From Tubiluchus corallicola (lineage: Eukaryota; Animalia; Priapulida): a DNA stretch of 64,000 nt. Under the pieces are notes generated by a model. That model was not told the DNA's origin, did no database searches, and saw only the letters and a program-made list of their open reading frames with translations. Location: NCBI GenBank assembly GCA_030141605.1, contig JAQGDQ010000017.1, positions 62,001 to 126,000 of the forward strand, read 5' to 3'. The first letter of the stretch is position 1; every line of letters starts with the position of its first letter. The position numbers and the translations under genes were made by a program. This document shows, in pieces, positions 40,188-55,100 of this stretch.

Positions 40188-43100
40188 TAGTACTATAATT
40201 GTATTCATTAACGTAAGATTTCTAAGAATCGTGTTAAGTAGATGAGAAGGTGTCAGCAAAAACACACGCTCATCGAATTTAGTAGAAACAAATAATGCAA
40301 TTGCGTAGAACACTTTGTCGAACAATTCATCCAATTTTATGCGTCATTTATACAGTTTTATTAAGCAATCACATAACGCAGTTCAGTAATTGCCCAAAAT
40401 ACGCAAGAGCTGAAATTCGGTTTTTCGGAGAAACTCGGGAACAATGCAGACTATTAAATAATAACTGACATTTCTACAATTTGAGCGTGTTAGATATTTT
40501 ATCTAAAGAGCTGATGTTTTTTCACTCGGCTAATGTAAGAGCCTAAGCCCATGATTTTCCATTTTATAATTTCATAAAAAAACTTTAATAAATCAAAACT
40601 CTATACTTCACTTTTGATTTAATTCTCTCGTAATAACTCACAGAAAAGGTCGGACTGCATTAAGCAACAAAGCCTTGCTGAAGATGTAACCGTCTGCAAT
40701 TGTGAAACTAGTTTGCAAGGAAGGGTTTTCGGCGGTTTAATTCGGCGTCTTGTTAACAACGCCACGATTTCATGATTGGTTATCACTTTTGAAAACAGGT
40801 TTTTGCGCCTAGAAGAAATAAGCGTGTAGTGCTGGTAATATGAGTTGGGTAAGAAATATGTCAGGTTGCAGTCTAGATCATCTTGTTCCATTCTCCATAA
40901 AGCGCCCATTATCCAAACAAGCTGGCATTAAAAAGTGACACCTTCAAGTACTGGCAAAATTAATATTTAATATGGCAAAATTAGTCATTTGTCTCAATTA
41001 CAGCAGATTTGTCTATAAAGGATTTTACTGGAACAACAGTGTCATATAGTACATAGGAAAGACTATAAAGGAGGTCAGCCAGACACCAGTCTTCATTTAA
41101 TTAGTTTGGCTTCTTTACTGGAGTTGCAACTCAAGGCAAAAAAACTCGTTTTACCCGCATGGGTAACTAAATCTGTACAGTGCTAAATGAGTTTGCCTTT
41201 AATAATTTCCAGTCAGCATACGTGTATCATCTGCAGATTTCATTGTTAAGGGTTAAAGAAGTTTCTTTAATTCTGTCGCAATATGTGTTTCATCACTTTG
41301 TTTAGGGTAAAGGTTCCAGCCCACCTTCACAGGCTGCAATTTCTTTATCGTAACTTGCTTATCTGGATCTTTCCCTAGTTTGTCATTCAGTTACGGAATG
41401 TTTAATCGCTTGCGCCACCTTTCATGCTAAATATAGCGCCAAGTTTTGTTTGCCACCTCTGGAAGTTCTAGTAAGAATAAGCCAACGACCAGGTAGCTGA
41501 CCAGTGTCCACTGGGAGTTGTAATTCGTCATTTAATCCCTGCGTAATAGGCGTGAAATGATGAGCGAAACAATACTTTTGTCTGCATAGTACCACGTATT
41601 TCATGTATTACCCTACCGGGCCTACAGTTGATAAGATGATTAACAGAACATCAGTAGCTTGTTTACAATAGGCCGTGAAATTGGCAAATCTTTTGCGAAA
41701 AATTATAGTCATTTCCGTTTTTGGTAAATGTTCAACGATTACTCATAGGTATGGAATTCAGAAAGAGAGAGAGAGAGCATTATTAAGCTGTGTGTTGGGG
41801 GGGGGGTAGTTTTGTAAATGCAGATATTCAAAAAGAGATAAAAAATGAGTTTGTTTATAGTGCAACTTAATTTGCAGTCAGAAATTAAGACCATAGCTTG
41901 CGTAGTTATACTTGCACTGGTTAAAGTTTCATTATTTTTATTATTTGTAAAACTTACAGGTAGTATTTATATAGTAAGCCTAATAATATAATCATAATTA
42001 ACATATACATAATTATAATTGCAATTTCGATGCACCTGTATTATCTTGCCACAGATCTTGGACAATGGATGGTAAAACAGACAAAGACATCTTTCAAAAA
42101 TGGAATAATTCACATATTTTAATTACATTATTGTTAGAATTGTAAAATATGACTACATTTTCTGTAATAGCAATTTTTCGTAGTAATTTTTCATTACTAA
42201 GTCTTTTTGAAGCAGCACTTATATGTATATAATATATTATTGCATCAATCTAGTTATTAAGCTAATTAATCAACTTACAGTTTTTACTGCACATACCAGA
42301 TTCAGATTGTAGCTTAAGTCTATTGTTTTGGAGTAAGGCAGTGTGCCGTCATTGCTTTTCTTGCGTAGCTTGCAAATTCTGCAAAGTAACACATTTTTTG
42401 TAATAAAGAGTAGTGTACACAGTGTCTTCAGCTTCTTAGTAAACATTCTTACGACGTTAAAATAGATGCAATCCCTTTATTGGGCTGAAACATTCATTTT
42501 TCTCGCAAAAACACCCGAATTAGGGTATGGAGAAACCCAATAATATTATTTTATGAGCCCTACAGCATTAGATTAATGTTTTATTATTTGAAGATCAAGA
42601 ATGCACACGCATTAAGTCCAGGTTTTTCAAGAGCTGCATACTATTATACCGTACAGTACGCTCGCTAATCTTGCAAATGGAGGTCAATTATGTTCTTATA
42701 GAATGCGGGAAACCTAGTTTTGCTTAGTTGCTCAGATAATCACTTCCTTATTCGGTTGTCTATGTACATGATTAATTTTAGATAAATATCTGTGACTCAA
42801 AGGTGTATCACATAATAATACAGGCCAAGTAAGTTACGTGTGTGTTATAACTAAAATGTTTCTAGATTAAATTAATTTAATCAGCATTCACGAAATACTT
42901 TTTAAAATTGAAACGATATTAACTCCCTTACCGTTAATAAGCTTCTAATGCTAGGCTTAGTCAGCACTGTTTCTGTGGGGTGGGGTGGTGGTGGGGGTAG
43001 TTGAAGCGTTGTTCCATCAATTTTATAAAACTTGTTAAAACAATGGGTGATTTAACCAGAAATATGTTTGAGCCACAAGCTGAAAATAAAAATATCAAGA

Positions 43101-46100
43101 AAATAATAACACGTAATTATAATTATAATTTATAGTAATTATAGGTAATAATAGTAATAATACATATTTTTGACAATACTATTACAAATACGGACTTTAT
43201 TTCTGTTTTTTAACTCCATACCTGTTAAGTAAAGATCTTCCTTTTTAACTTTTAGTTTATTCTTGTTCTCCGAGAATTTTATTTATCATTTTGTTTATTG
43301 TATTTTTTGGTATTCTGACTTTTGTCTAAGTAGTTTTTTGTATTCTGAATGTGTCATTGCAATTATGCGTAATATGCAGTAACATGTACGAAATGCCTAA
43401 AGCTCTCTGTAAACATTTATGTCATTGTCCTTAAATACTTTGTACCTGTTTAAATGTGCTAAACAAGGAAGACAAGACAGCTTTCAGAATATCAACTCAT
43501 CGATTTTAGTCAAAGCCCTCAAAACATTGTTACCTGTGTGGTATTTTAGTTAAAATGACACTCTTTTGCTTTCGAAAGTTGCTATGTGGCTGTAAAGCTT
43601 GGCAAACAAGGAAATTCTCCAGGCTATAACTTTTGTTAATACATGATTTAATTAAATTATGACAAAATTTAGGATTTGTAGGCGCATTTTTGCTTGATTG
43701 TTTTATTGCTGAAAATGACAATAAAGAAATTCTTCTACCGACCCAACTTGCTTACTGTAACGTACTTATGACTGTAAATTATTTGATTATAAATTTGCTT
43801 TAATGTTACTTTGATGTCAGCTATTTTGGCATGAGATACATCATATTCTGAATATCAGATTGTCAGTGTAGTTGTGCCGCTATAAGCATTGAATTAGACA
43901 AGCCCACGGTTAACTGAATTTTCAAACCAAACTTTGTGAAAAAGTTGAAACAAAGCCTGGATTTGAGCCAGGCGTCTTCTACTTCTTAATTTTGATAATT
44001 ATTAAGATATTAATTAATTATTTACCCACGGGAAAATCGTGTTTAAAATTAAAAAAATAATCTAAATAGTTAATTACACTAGCGGGAGCCATTAAACGTT
44101 GCAAATTTTGAATTGAAAATAAGATATACGTATAGTGTTCTTCTAAGATTTGCCATGGTCATAATCGTAAAAGAAGTGAAACTGAACTACCTGGATAGTT
44201 GTAAGGGATAAACTTTTGACTGTCGTGATCGCTGGGGAACAGCGGCTATTGCGTCTTCCTTTAAATAGAAGGCCCTTCGTTCAAATCCAAGTTGTGCTCT
44301 AACTTTTTCGCATATCCTGTTTTTAATGGCAGTTCGTACCAGCGTCCATAGATATTTAGATTTCGGTTTGAGTTGATGAGAAAGCGCAGCACAATGACAA
44401 AATATTTAGAGCCGGTGTTTTGCTAAAATTCGAGGAACGTTGTGTTATGTTTACAAGGTTTGTAATAGTATCAGGGTGTCGCATTTGGATTTGCTGAATG
44501 TATCAAGTTTGTATTTTTATTTACCAAGCAAAAGTCATGCATAAAGAAAAGAATTTTGTCCAAATTGTCCTTTCGTTGTATTCACACGGTTACTACTGTA
44601 TGCGTAGGTGTGTCTGGTTTACAATTATTTGTATTTGTCCGCTGTTTTTTCCTGATTGGTAAAAACAAATCTGAAATCTCCTGTTTACATTTAACTTGTC
44701 ACGTTGCTGTGCAGCTGCAGTGATTAATAGCTGTACTGCGCTGACTTTTTGCCTTGGGCTTTTGCTCTATACCTTTGTCTCTGTTTTCTTATTTCCTTGA
44801 AGTGCTGGAATAATGATGTAGCTAGTACGCTTGAAAGCTGAAGCAGGCTGCTGGCAAACGCCAAACGCTCATTTTACACTCTCTTAAGTCCGAAATATTT
44901 TACGTGTCATGGGTTGCTGATGGCAGCCTCACATTGCTAATGTCCTGTGTCGAAATTATAATGTACGGAAACGTGTTCCCTGGGAAGCAGGACACAATCG
45001 ACGTCTTGTTCACCCTAACTGCCATTATGAGAGTTTCAACTGACGAATATGATTTGATTTTACATAATATCAACGTGTTCCCTATGATTACGGTCTTAGC
45101 ATTGTTGTGTTTTTCAAATTGCGTGGCTTAAACGGTAGACACAAAACTGAATTGTTGTTATTGTAGTTGCTGTTGTCGTTGTTGAGTTGCGTGGGAGGGT
45201 GCTTACTTTGTGAAGCAATTTTTTGATATTCTGCAAACGGTAATCCAGCACTCAACGACAGAGCTTTGCTTAACGTAGACAGATTTGGTTGCGGGTGGAC
45301 CGGAATCTAGCTTGTTATCGATTTGATTAATCTTCCGAGATGAGACCTTAAACAAGCGTATCAGTGAGGTAAAATTTGTCAATTGAGGCTAATGAAGCCG
45401 CAGAAAAACAGTTTTTGACGGTATGTTACTGGCTAAGTTCGCTAAGCGCACATTTTGAACATTTAGGTCGTTTTTTAACGTCTTAGATCTATACTCACTA
45501 ATCTCACATCTAAAATATTAACTATTAAAATGTTTGTAATTGTCATGGGCTGTAACGTTTGTAATTTTCACCACTTTAGTCTTTTCATTTGTTCAAGCAA
45601 TTAACTGAATTTGAACTCTAGATAAACGGAATTCACCTATGAGTATAACGTCGCTTTATGGTTATGTTCTATGAGGGAACGGGTTAAATTTAATCATTTT
45701 GGTTCTTTGTGGTAGATGGAGCGTATTTCCCCAATTCCTACGCATTTATTCACCCTCAAGCACTGGGTGACGATTCAACTATTCTCTAGACACATGAGGT
45801 TATCAATGTTATAGAAAGGTTTCAGACAGGACACACCTGCCCATACCGGAAGATTTCTAGGATGTATTGACAAAACTTTTATCATCTTTTTTATATACTA
45901 CCTGTAACAGACAACAGAGAGGTAGACTTTTGTTATACGTCATCATTATCCGTTGACTTAGTTTTTATTTCTATAGACGTACGCGTGGTACCAGTCAAGC
46001 TTGACTTTTATATTATAATCACGTATTGATTTTTTTGTATGAAATAATTCTTAATTTACTGGAAGACGTATTGCTAAAGTGAATGTTCGCATATGTACGA

Positions 46101-49100
46101 CTTTTTAATATCTCTAAGCATTTCTTGATGGGTTCAATAGTCAAAACCCAAAATCAGAAACGATTGCTTTCTACAAGGTTATATTTTGTAGTTTGTAAAT
46201 CCACTTATATAAATCCGCCATAATGGGTTTTCAGACACTTTGCAGAATTAAGCAGATTCAAGGGTGTTGCAACTGTATTAAAAGCATTATTTTAGACGTC
46301 AATTATTTATAGTCTTAATGTCAAGATTATTATTAATGATGGTACAAACCCACTACTGATTAAATTTTGATATGAAATTCGAAAGACAGGAAATGTGAAA
46401 AGTTGAAACACATACTGGGTTTATATTAATATTCAACGCATTTAAGTCATTTTGCTGCTTGCAATTAACGGTTAATTTGCTTTAGGATACTTTACATATC
46501 GGACTCCCGACTAGACACTGAAGAGAGTGGCCACAAACTGCTAAACAGATGTCATGGGTTAATTTTGTTGCTTATATACTGTAAATAATCACATCATTAG
46601 GTCTCCCTATAAAGTGTTAATTTATTTACAACGTGTATATTTTACTTGAAGCAGTTTGCGCAAGGTCGCTATGTATATGTGTCTACAGGACGTTTGCTAT
46701 GTCATATAAAGGTAGTTATGTTATTGTCATTATATCGTTTAGATAGAGGGCTAACGAGGCTATTACAGTAGCTATCTTTGTCTGCATATCCTTTTTATTA
46801 TTACGTACCAAATACATATTGGTGGTATTGAAAACACATGTCAGTAATTCAGCAAATAACTATTATTAAGCTCATTGTGATATAGTTCCAAATTAATAAA
46901 CTAAGTACGAAGGCTTCATAAAGTTCTAATGCCTTTTTGTAATCCTCAGAGGCCAACTTACAAAACATATGTTTTACCAGTGCTTTATACATTACGTATC
47001 GATTTTCTGTTTATTTGTGGTTATACAAATGTACTTATGTATTTCAGTCTAAAAAGTTCTTAGGGGCAAAAATAAAATTTACCCATATAATTGTTTATGT
47101 TTAAATCGAAGTTCATGCAGGTGTAAGAATAACCCAACTTTTCGTTATTAGAGACTTGCAACAAACATGTAGGAATCATTTCTTTCGTAACATAGTAATG
47201 TATATCGTAGGCCTGTGGTATTCCGCTTAGCACCAAGACATTTTTATAACGCTGAACAATGCATCTGCAGAAGTAAGTGATTTTGAAACATTCAAAGGTC
47301 ACTTTTAATGACTTTTTAGTGCAGAGAGGGAAGGAGTCTTATTGGAAGTCCAATTCCCCAGTCCCCACTACAGGTCCTATGGGACAGGAATGTAAGAAGT
47401 ATGTAAGACACGAATAGCAGAAGGAATTTTCTCAGTTTAGAAAGTGAACGGATGATATCCATGTGCAAACAGTTGGGGAAAGCAGAAGTTCAAGACAACT
47501 CATAGTCTGAAAGGCATGGCCAAGATCTTTTGTGTGTTTTCTCAAACTGTTGGAAGTGCGCGAGCAAGACGGGGCAACAATAGTCTTTTCACCAAATCAC
47601 TGAAGAATGTTTTAGCCATGCAGAGCCTGCAGCGTTTTACCGATTTACTGCCCGTTCTTGTTGTTAATGCCTGACAAACCTGTGCGAGGTTCAGTGTCCC
47701 TGTCCGTTTGTAGAAAATAAGATGTGCGCTGATTTCCAAACGAGCGTGTTAGAAAGTCAACGTCACTCGTAATCAAATTTCACTTTACTACAGGAGCATG
47801 TCTCGCCCCTGGGCCCCGCTTTCCACGTTTGATTATAAAATGCAAATTAAGGCATCTACGTGTGTAAAATTCTCTGCAGTCACATCCAAAACTGGAAATG
47901 TAATTATTATCTCGGCCTATTGGGCCGGTTGGCAATCAATCATTGAAGAACATTAGTTTTCGATGAGTCGCAGACTCCAAATCAAAGCATTACCATGGCA
48001 ACTGGAATGATTCCGCTAATTTATGTAAGACTATGTTTCGTGATTAAACACATAACAAGTATAGTATATAGACACAGGCCGTTAATTGTTTTCCGCGTGT
48101 AGGTGGCATATTTGTTAACTTTCCCATGGTCATGATAATTCTACCTCATCTTATTCTCAGAAAGTTTGAGCATGGTAGTGAAAAAATTGGACATTGCTTT
48201 TGGACATTCATTGGATGACCAAAAGCGGATTTGAAAATATCTTTGCTTCATTAAATTCAATTTACTTTATTATGTAAAACTCTGTTATTTTACATCGAAT
48301 TATTGTACAGCCACGTATTACTTGCTGTTAGCAATTCACCAATTGCTATATTAGCTTAAAACTTTAAATGTTAATAATTAAGTACTATATTGTATCACGA
48401 AAAAATATTGGTGGAAAGCTAATATTAGGTCTGTCACTTAGCACAATAGTGGTCAGTATGTCTCTAATCAGTATAAATTATTAATTCTCAGCTTTTTTAT
48501 AACCGGAATAACGTCATTGAAACTACAATAGACGTTTTTGTGTTAAAGTACATAAATTAAACGCATAAATTTTCAGTTAGTAGCTTAACTGTCGACAAGA
48601 AACGGTGAGCCTGTCATAGTTATTGGTGTAAGCATGACGTTTTCTACATTATTAGCCACGTAAATTATCATTACGCTCCTGTGACCTGTCAATTTGACTG
48701 GCTCCAAAAATGTTTCAGTAAGTTATTAAAATGATTATTTTGCGGACGCCTAGTTGAGATAATTATAAAACTTTGTAGGTCGAAAATGATTCCGCACTTT
48801 AGTATGACTTATCTGTAGGCCCAAAGAACGATGCACTATAAAGGATTTGCCTGTACTATATTAGTTCCCAGGGAGGAATATAGCCCATAAAGTGACGTTC
48901 AGAACTTGCTAGCACAGTAATACTAGTGTACGTAAAAAGTGCATTATTGTCTGTGCGGACGCAGTGGAAACGCGGCCTAAGGGTGCACACTGCACAGTCC
49001 GCACAGACACAGAAATTTTCCGTCTGCTTTCGTCAGAAAATTTCTATCAGTGAGATTTGCATATGTTTAATTTGCGCTGTGTCCAATGGCCTGCGCACAG

Positions 49101-52100
49101 ACACGCAAAAAACCTGTCGTGACAGATTTTCTGGACAGAAATTCCCAATTTCGCAACTGAGTTTGCGCAATGAGCTGATAGACAATGGCACAGTCACGGG
49201 TTCACGGCAGGAAGAATGGAAGAAGAAGCATTTATATCCACACTTATTTGTTAAGCGTTCTTGATAAGGTTTTCTGTCAAGCGTTTTATCATTTTACGTG
49301 TGTAATATCTACAAGCAAAATAAAAGGAAACTTTGAAACAATAGCTATTAATCAGCCCTACTAATATCTATTAATCTATAATAAAATTATTGCGCGATTT
49401 AAAATACTGTACCTCAACGCCACAATGCAAAATGTTTCAGACTTCCTAATTTAGTATTGTTTTCGTGCTCTTATGTGACTCGTAAGTCTTACTACAGTGT
49501 AGACCGCAATTCCTCGTTGATAGACCTCTTGTCTGTTATAATGTAATCTTCTGTGCATGAAAAGTCTGGGTATTTCGGTGCTGTAACGATTAGCATAGCT
49601 GCCTAGAAAGCAGAAGGTCTTGGAATGGAGCCGCAATGGATGTGCAAATTTCTAATTTTATATTGTTTTCGTGCGTTTGTACAATTCTAACTGGTGGAAT
49701 TATTGCCACAAAGCGATTTTATAGAACCTGCCAGTACATACGCAAAAGCGCATAACGCAAGTTTTGCATAGTAGATCTTTTTTCATGGCGGACACGTTTT
49801 CTACCGTTTTTGTGTTAACTACCTTCACGTTGTTGTGACACTGGCTCAGGACGTAAACCTGATTTCTTGGCAACATTTACTTATATTATTTCCTTGGGCA
49901 AAAGAGAAATTTACGACTTCAGTTTGATGCTAGTTGTCTGAACTCTCTTCAGATGTTTCATAGCCTGCAGCAAGGAATAAAACGACCATCTTAAGATGTT
50001 CGAGCTTTCCTTTGTGTTAAAAACGTGGCCATGTTTGCGCTTTGTATCTCTGTTTTGATCTTGTTGTGCAAAATCACGCCAAGCGATCACCTTACACTTT
50101 ACTCTCCAATGATGATCTCTTAAAGCATGCAAAACTCATCCTTGATTAATATGAAAAATTATTTTTAATTGTCTCAGAGAAAAGACATGTAATATAGGCA
50201 TACTGATACATTTTGTCAAACTTCAGGAACGTAGACTAAATAATAGAGGGTTGTTGAGGATATCGTGAGTTTGTTACTATAGGTCTAAATGTTATTCCTT
50301 TCTTATTTTGAATTAAATGTATATGTCTTAAACTTTAGACTACGCTACCCTGTCACCCATAACTTCCCATGTCTCTGTATTATTGATATCTAATGGTTTG
50401 TGGATAAGATATTTTTGATGAAATTGATATAAGTTAGCAGCTGTCCTCCTTGCGGTTTTTTCTGCAGTTCTTCTTTGTAAGCTAATTTTAATGTCATGTG
50501 GTAGTCGTGTAACATGTCCATCTTAATCTTCTTTTGTTTTTAACTGCCCATGCGTTGATTTTATTATACAAATCCTGATTTGATGTTTTCTTTGGACATG
50601 TTGTTCCTAGAATGTTCCTATAGTTTCTTCTTTGAAGTGCTTCGATTTCTGACTTATGATGTGCTTTGATTGTCTACAATTCTGAGTTGTAGAGAAACAA
50701 CAGTTTTTCCTGATTTGCAAGTAACTGCTTAGAACAATTAGAGCATTTTACACGTTGGTTCATTTACCGCCAATTCTTAAATCTTGCTGCTGTACAGAAG
50801 ATTGGCGGGAAATCGCCCTTACGAAATTATCTTGCTCGTCGTTTATCTGTTTCTGTGAGCTTTCTTGTTCTTTTGAGACATCTACATTCTACGTATTGTA
50901 TAAGCAGAAAGGTGTGTTTGTCAAAATGATTTAAGAATAAGAAACGTATAAAATTCCAGTCACGTTTTATTATTACTTTAATCCGTTGTGTAGGTTAGAT
51001 AGGAGAAATGTCAAACAGTGTTTTAATCAATATTGGATTCTGATCATAATCAGTAAGACCACCCCCTCAGGTCACTCGTGCTTGTGCGATTTATGGGCAG
51101 AGATTAGCTATTCACGAAGATGCGTACTGTGGCATGATTCAGCCTGGATTAAGTTTTAATCCCGAACTCGAAAATTTCTTTCTTGCTAAAAAATTCTTGA
51201 TTGACTGAGTGCTTACATGATCTCGGAAAGTTTGTGTTCACCACTCGAAAAGTAAATCAACCCAAATAAGGTAGTGCGTGAGCTCTTGTTATTACCACGA
51301 AATTTTTGGCTAGGCCGTTAGAAATTTATTACCAGTAAGTGAACGAATTCCAATTCTGCATGCTGTAGGCATTAATCAGGCAACAGTGGAGGAGGTTAAT
51401 TAAAAAATATTGTTTTTTATACGTTTTGGTTATTAAATTTTAATTAATTACTTAATTAATGTGTCTTACTGTAAGAGTGGACACACGTTTTGGTTAATAA
51501 GCTTTTTTACCTGAAACAGACAGTGCTGTAGTTAATTTCATTAGTTTATATGACAAAATTCAAAGCTATTGATATGAAACCAATCTGTATTTTTTTTACA
51601 TTTTCAGTATTGTGTCAGTTTTTGCAACAACCTGGTCGGACAGTGGAAGTAACTAGAGGAGGAAATGTAACATTGACTTGTCAATTTGATCCATCCAGAC
51701 TGAATCTTCAGCAGGCTAGGTTAGTGTATACAGTCGTCATGTAGTGGTATCTTAATTATGCAAGACTTGTAATTCAAATTGTTTATGCAGAAATTTCTCT
51801 TGTAATGCCATTTCTGTAAAGTTTTAGAAGTTTTTCATTGATTGTAAGAAAAATTAGTACTGTTAGACCGTTCCGACGTGCTACTTCCGACGTGCCTGGC
51901 ACAATTTTATTGCTTTTTGAAAGTTTCATAGTACAAAACAGAACTGTAAAATATAGGATTGCTCGAAGTATAACTATAGTAGTATCTTCATATTATTCAT
52001 TACAGTTAATTAACGTTACAGAAAAATTAATGTAAAAATAGCGTTTCAGTGTTGCTGTCCAATATTGCAATGAATCAAATGAATGAGATAGGTGCAGCGT

Positions 52101-55100
52101 CTACTTCTGTGTACAGATGGCGCTATGTACGTGTTGCACTATTGGTAGCTTGCTACTGGATCATGGCTTAGCAGCCACCGAAGTGCGCCAAACCGAGTTC
52201 TTGTTTTTAGCTCTGGCCAAGGACCTTGGCTCTGGCTTTTAGGCCTTTTTGCTGTTTTCTATTAACTTCGTTAGTTGCTGAACTGAAAGAAGCATCAGAT
52301 CTGGTTGTGTAAGGGGACTTAATAGTAAATGAAATCATAGCGAATAACAACTTTTCCTAGCCGGACTAAACAAGAAAAATTTAATAAAGATATTCTTTTT
52401 TCTCTCAGGACTAGTGATTAGTCTACACAAAGAGGCTCGACAGACTTTGTTGGCAATAGGCCTATAATGTATCGAAATTTGATATCATTAATAATGTAGA
52501 CCAATTTAATTTACTCGATGAACTAAATGCAGAAGAAGTTTAATGTAATGCTTCCTTTTTTTACACCCTAGATTTCTATAATTTCTTTTTCTTTTTTGCA
52601 GGTTATATTGGTATGCACACAGTAGTGGTTTGTTAATAGATAGTCAATTAAATAGTCCTCGATATCGATTAAATGCCAACATCAACACTGGTCTCTATGA
52701 TCTTACTATTCTTAGTGCAAATTACACAAGGGACGACCAGAATTTTTCTTGTAGAGCACAAATAGGCAGCAATGTACGGATGAGTCAGCCTATTAAAGTT
52801 ACAGTACTTAGTAAGTAGCTACATTATATTTACAATCATTAATCTATTGTATTGAGCTCAACATACAAATTTAAGGGGCCACCCACATATTTATAACGAT
52901 ATCAAGTTTTGGTTAAGCGTAATCATCATATGTCCCACCTCCTACCCCTTATATTGATATAGTTATCACGCCAATGTAGCGTTTTCTACATTTTGTTCTT
53001 CATTCTGCTCAAGGACAGACAACAACAACACTTGTGTTACTTAACGGGAAACCATCAGTGGATTCTTTTGGCATCAGCGGTAGAGGTGGTGGCAGCCCAC
53101 CCTACTCATTCTCATCGACCCTTTCTGCAGATTCCTCCTCCTCATGGCCATGAAGTCAGATAACGATATTATGGCTGAATTACCTACCTACCATGCGTTA
53201 TAATGGCGTTATCACATCTCCTGCCACCTACCTACCCTAAACTTTTATCGTTATAATTATGTCCACGGCTCTAAATTTAATGATGCTGTACTCAACAACT
53301 GCAGTAAATTCATGTTGCAACATCCATACCTGAATAACATAACTAATTAAAATGTAATGGGACTGTTTATTTTGTAATGTGGTGTTCAGTATTCTTTTCT
53401 GTTCACATTTCATGTATGTGATGCAAATTTGTTTAGTCATTCTGTAATCAATTTTGAAAGTTGATGCAGTGCACATGTATTATTTTCTACATGTACTAAC
53501 TACATTAGCCTGCACATGGGTTTATTTTATGCCATATTGTGAGAAGAACTAACGACAAGCATGTTTGCTTCTTGCAGCACCTCCTGGCATCCCAGTCGTA
53601 ACTATTTCTCCAGATTCATCCACGTTCCGAGAAGGGGATCCAGTGACATTGCGTTGCGAAACACGTGGAGGTAGTCCTCCTCCAGCTGTGATATGGTACG
53701 TTTAGAAATCAATGATAGGAAAGTTGTAGTGCTTGATAGTTATGTTTCAGTTTAGGGTTTCCATGTAATTAATAGATTAGAACTTATTGTTGTTCATCAA
53801 ATTCATTGAGGATCACCAATTAATCATTACCCAGACACATTATTTATAAAATTTTGTTGCTATGATACCTACCTAGTAGGGTAAAATATATAGCGCCTAA
53901 TCCGGCTAATTTATTTTTTAATCAAATTTCTAAATTGCACACTTTTTTATTTTTTAATGTGGTTACTTTTGCAGACAAAATAGAATAACCTTTCCTCGTT
54001 TTATTTCTTTCATATATCATCTGCAGATGGTACTGCAGTCTTTAATGCTGGAGAGGTAGTACAAATGATGAAGACAAGCAAACTAAATTAAGAATGTTTT
54101 TATATCTATTTGTATCATTTATTCAAACTCCCAAATGTATGAAACGTATACAAAAGACTTGAGAGGTAACAGTTAGTTTTTATACTTTCATTTGGTACAT
54201 ATGTGCAAAGTACAATAGTGCCAGTAGTGTGGATGTTAAATTTTTATGTAAGTTCAGTGTAAACCTGTTAAAAGTTGATTTTCGTCACGAATTTTATCAT
54301 CAAAATTTTTATTTCTTTTAGGTATGATCCCAATGGTGTCTCAGTGGATGGTGAATATAGGCCCGGTGATGTACAGCACCCCACTGTAAAGGTGATAACC
54401 ATACAAGCTTCAAGGCAAGATCATCAGAAAGATTACACCTGTGAGGTGTACAACAAGGTCAATAAATTGAACAAGTTGAGCGTTACACGGCGGTTGAATA
54501 TTAGATGTAAGTGGACACATACGATTATAATATGAGGAGATCATAATGTATATTTTGCTGACGTAATTTTTTTGATTCCTCGAGTTTGTTTACTCAGACT
54601 TAGTAAATGTATATTATTACATTTTGGACTTACTGTGAATATGCAACTCATTTAGCAGAATGTCTATAGAGAACAAAATATTTGTATTCACTCACACAGT
54701 AATTATTAAACTTGCCTATATTGATGACTGACTCAAAAATAGTACAGTGGCCGCCGCTTATTATGGACACGGTTATTGTGGACAGCCGGTTATTGTGGAC
54801 AACTCGCGAGGGACGGAATTTTCCCCTAATAAAATCCGCCGGTTAATATGGACAACCGCCGCTTAATATGGACAGCGAACATTCTTGGCACGTGAACCAG
54901 CCGTGCCAACCACGGCCTGCGCGCGTGATTGAAGGCTGTCCTGCTTTGTCTTGGCAGTGAAGTCGATTAGACTCGCATTGTTTTGTGCTTGTGTAGCCTA
55001 GCTCCACTTCACTTTTGCATAACCTCGTCTCCGCACGTCCTCTTCTTCTTCTTATTCTTCTTCTTCTCTCTCAGATGGGTAAGCGAAAGGACCGTTCTGC

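Noticed and set aside
39918-40334. 138-aa poly-Tyr ORF
   Set aside because: Translation of the (AAT)n microsatellite.
52108-52124. CTCF-like motif CAGATGGCGCTA
   Set aside because: Single partial match, not distinguishable from chance or a TE-derived motif.
55015-55074. N-terminal extension MHNLVSARPLLLLILLLLSQ resembling a signal peptide on the transposase
   Set aside because: It starts at TTG and is simply the translated polypyrimidine tract; the first ATG is at 55075.
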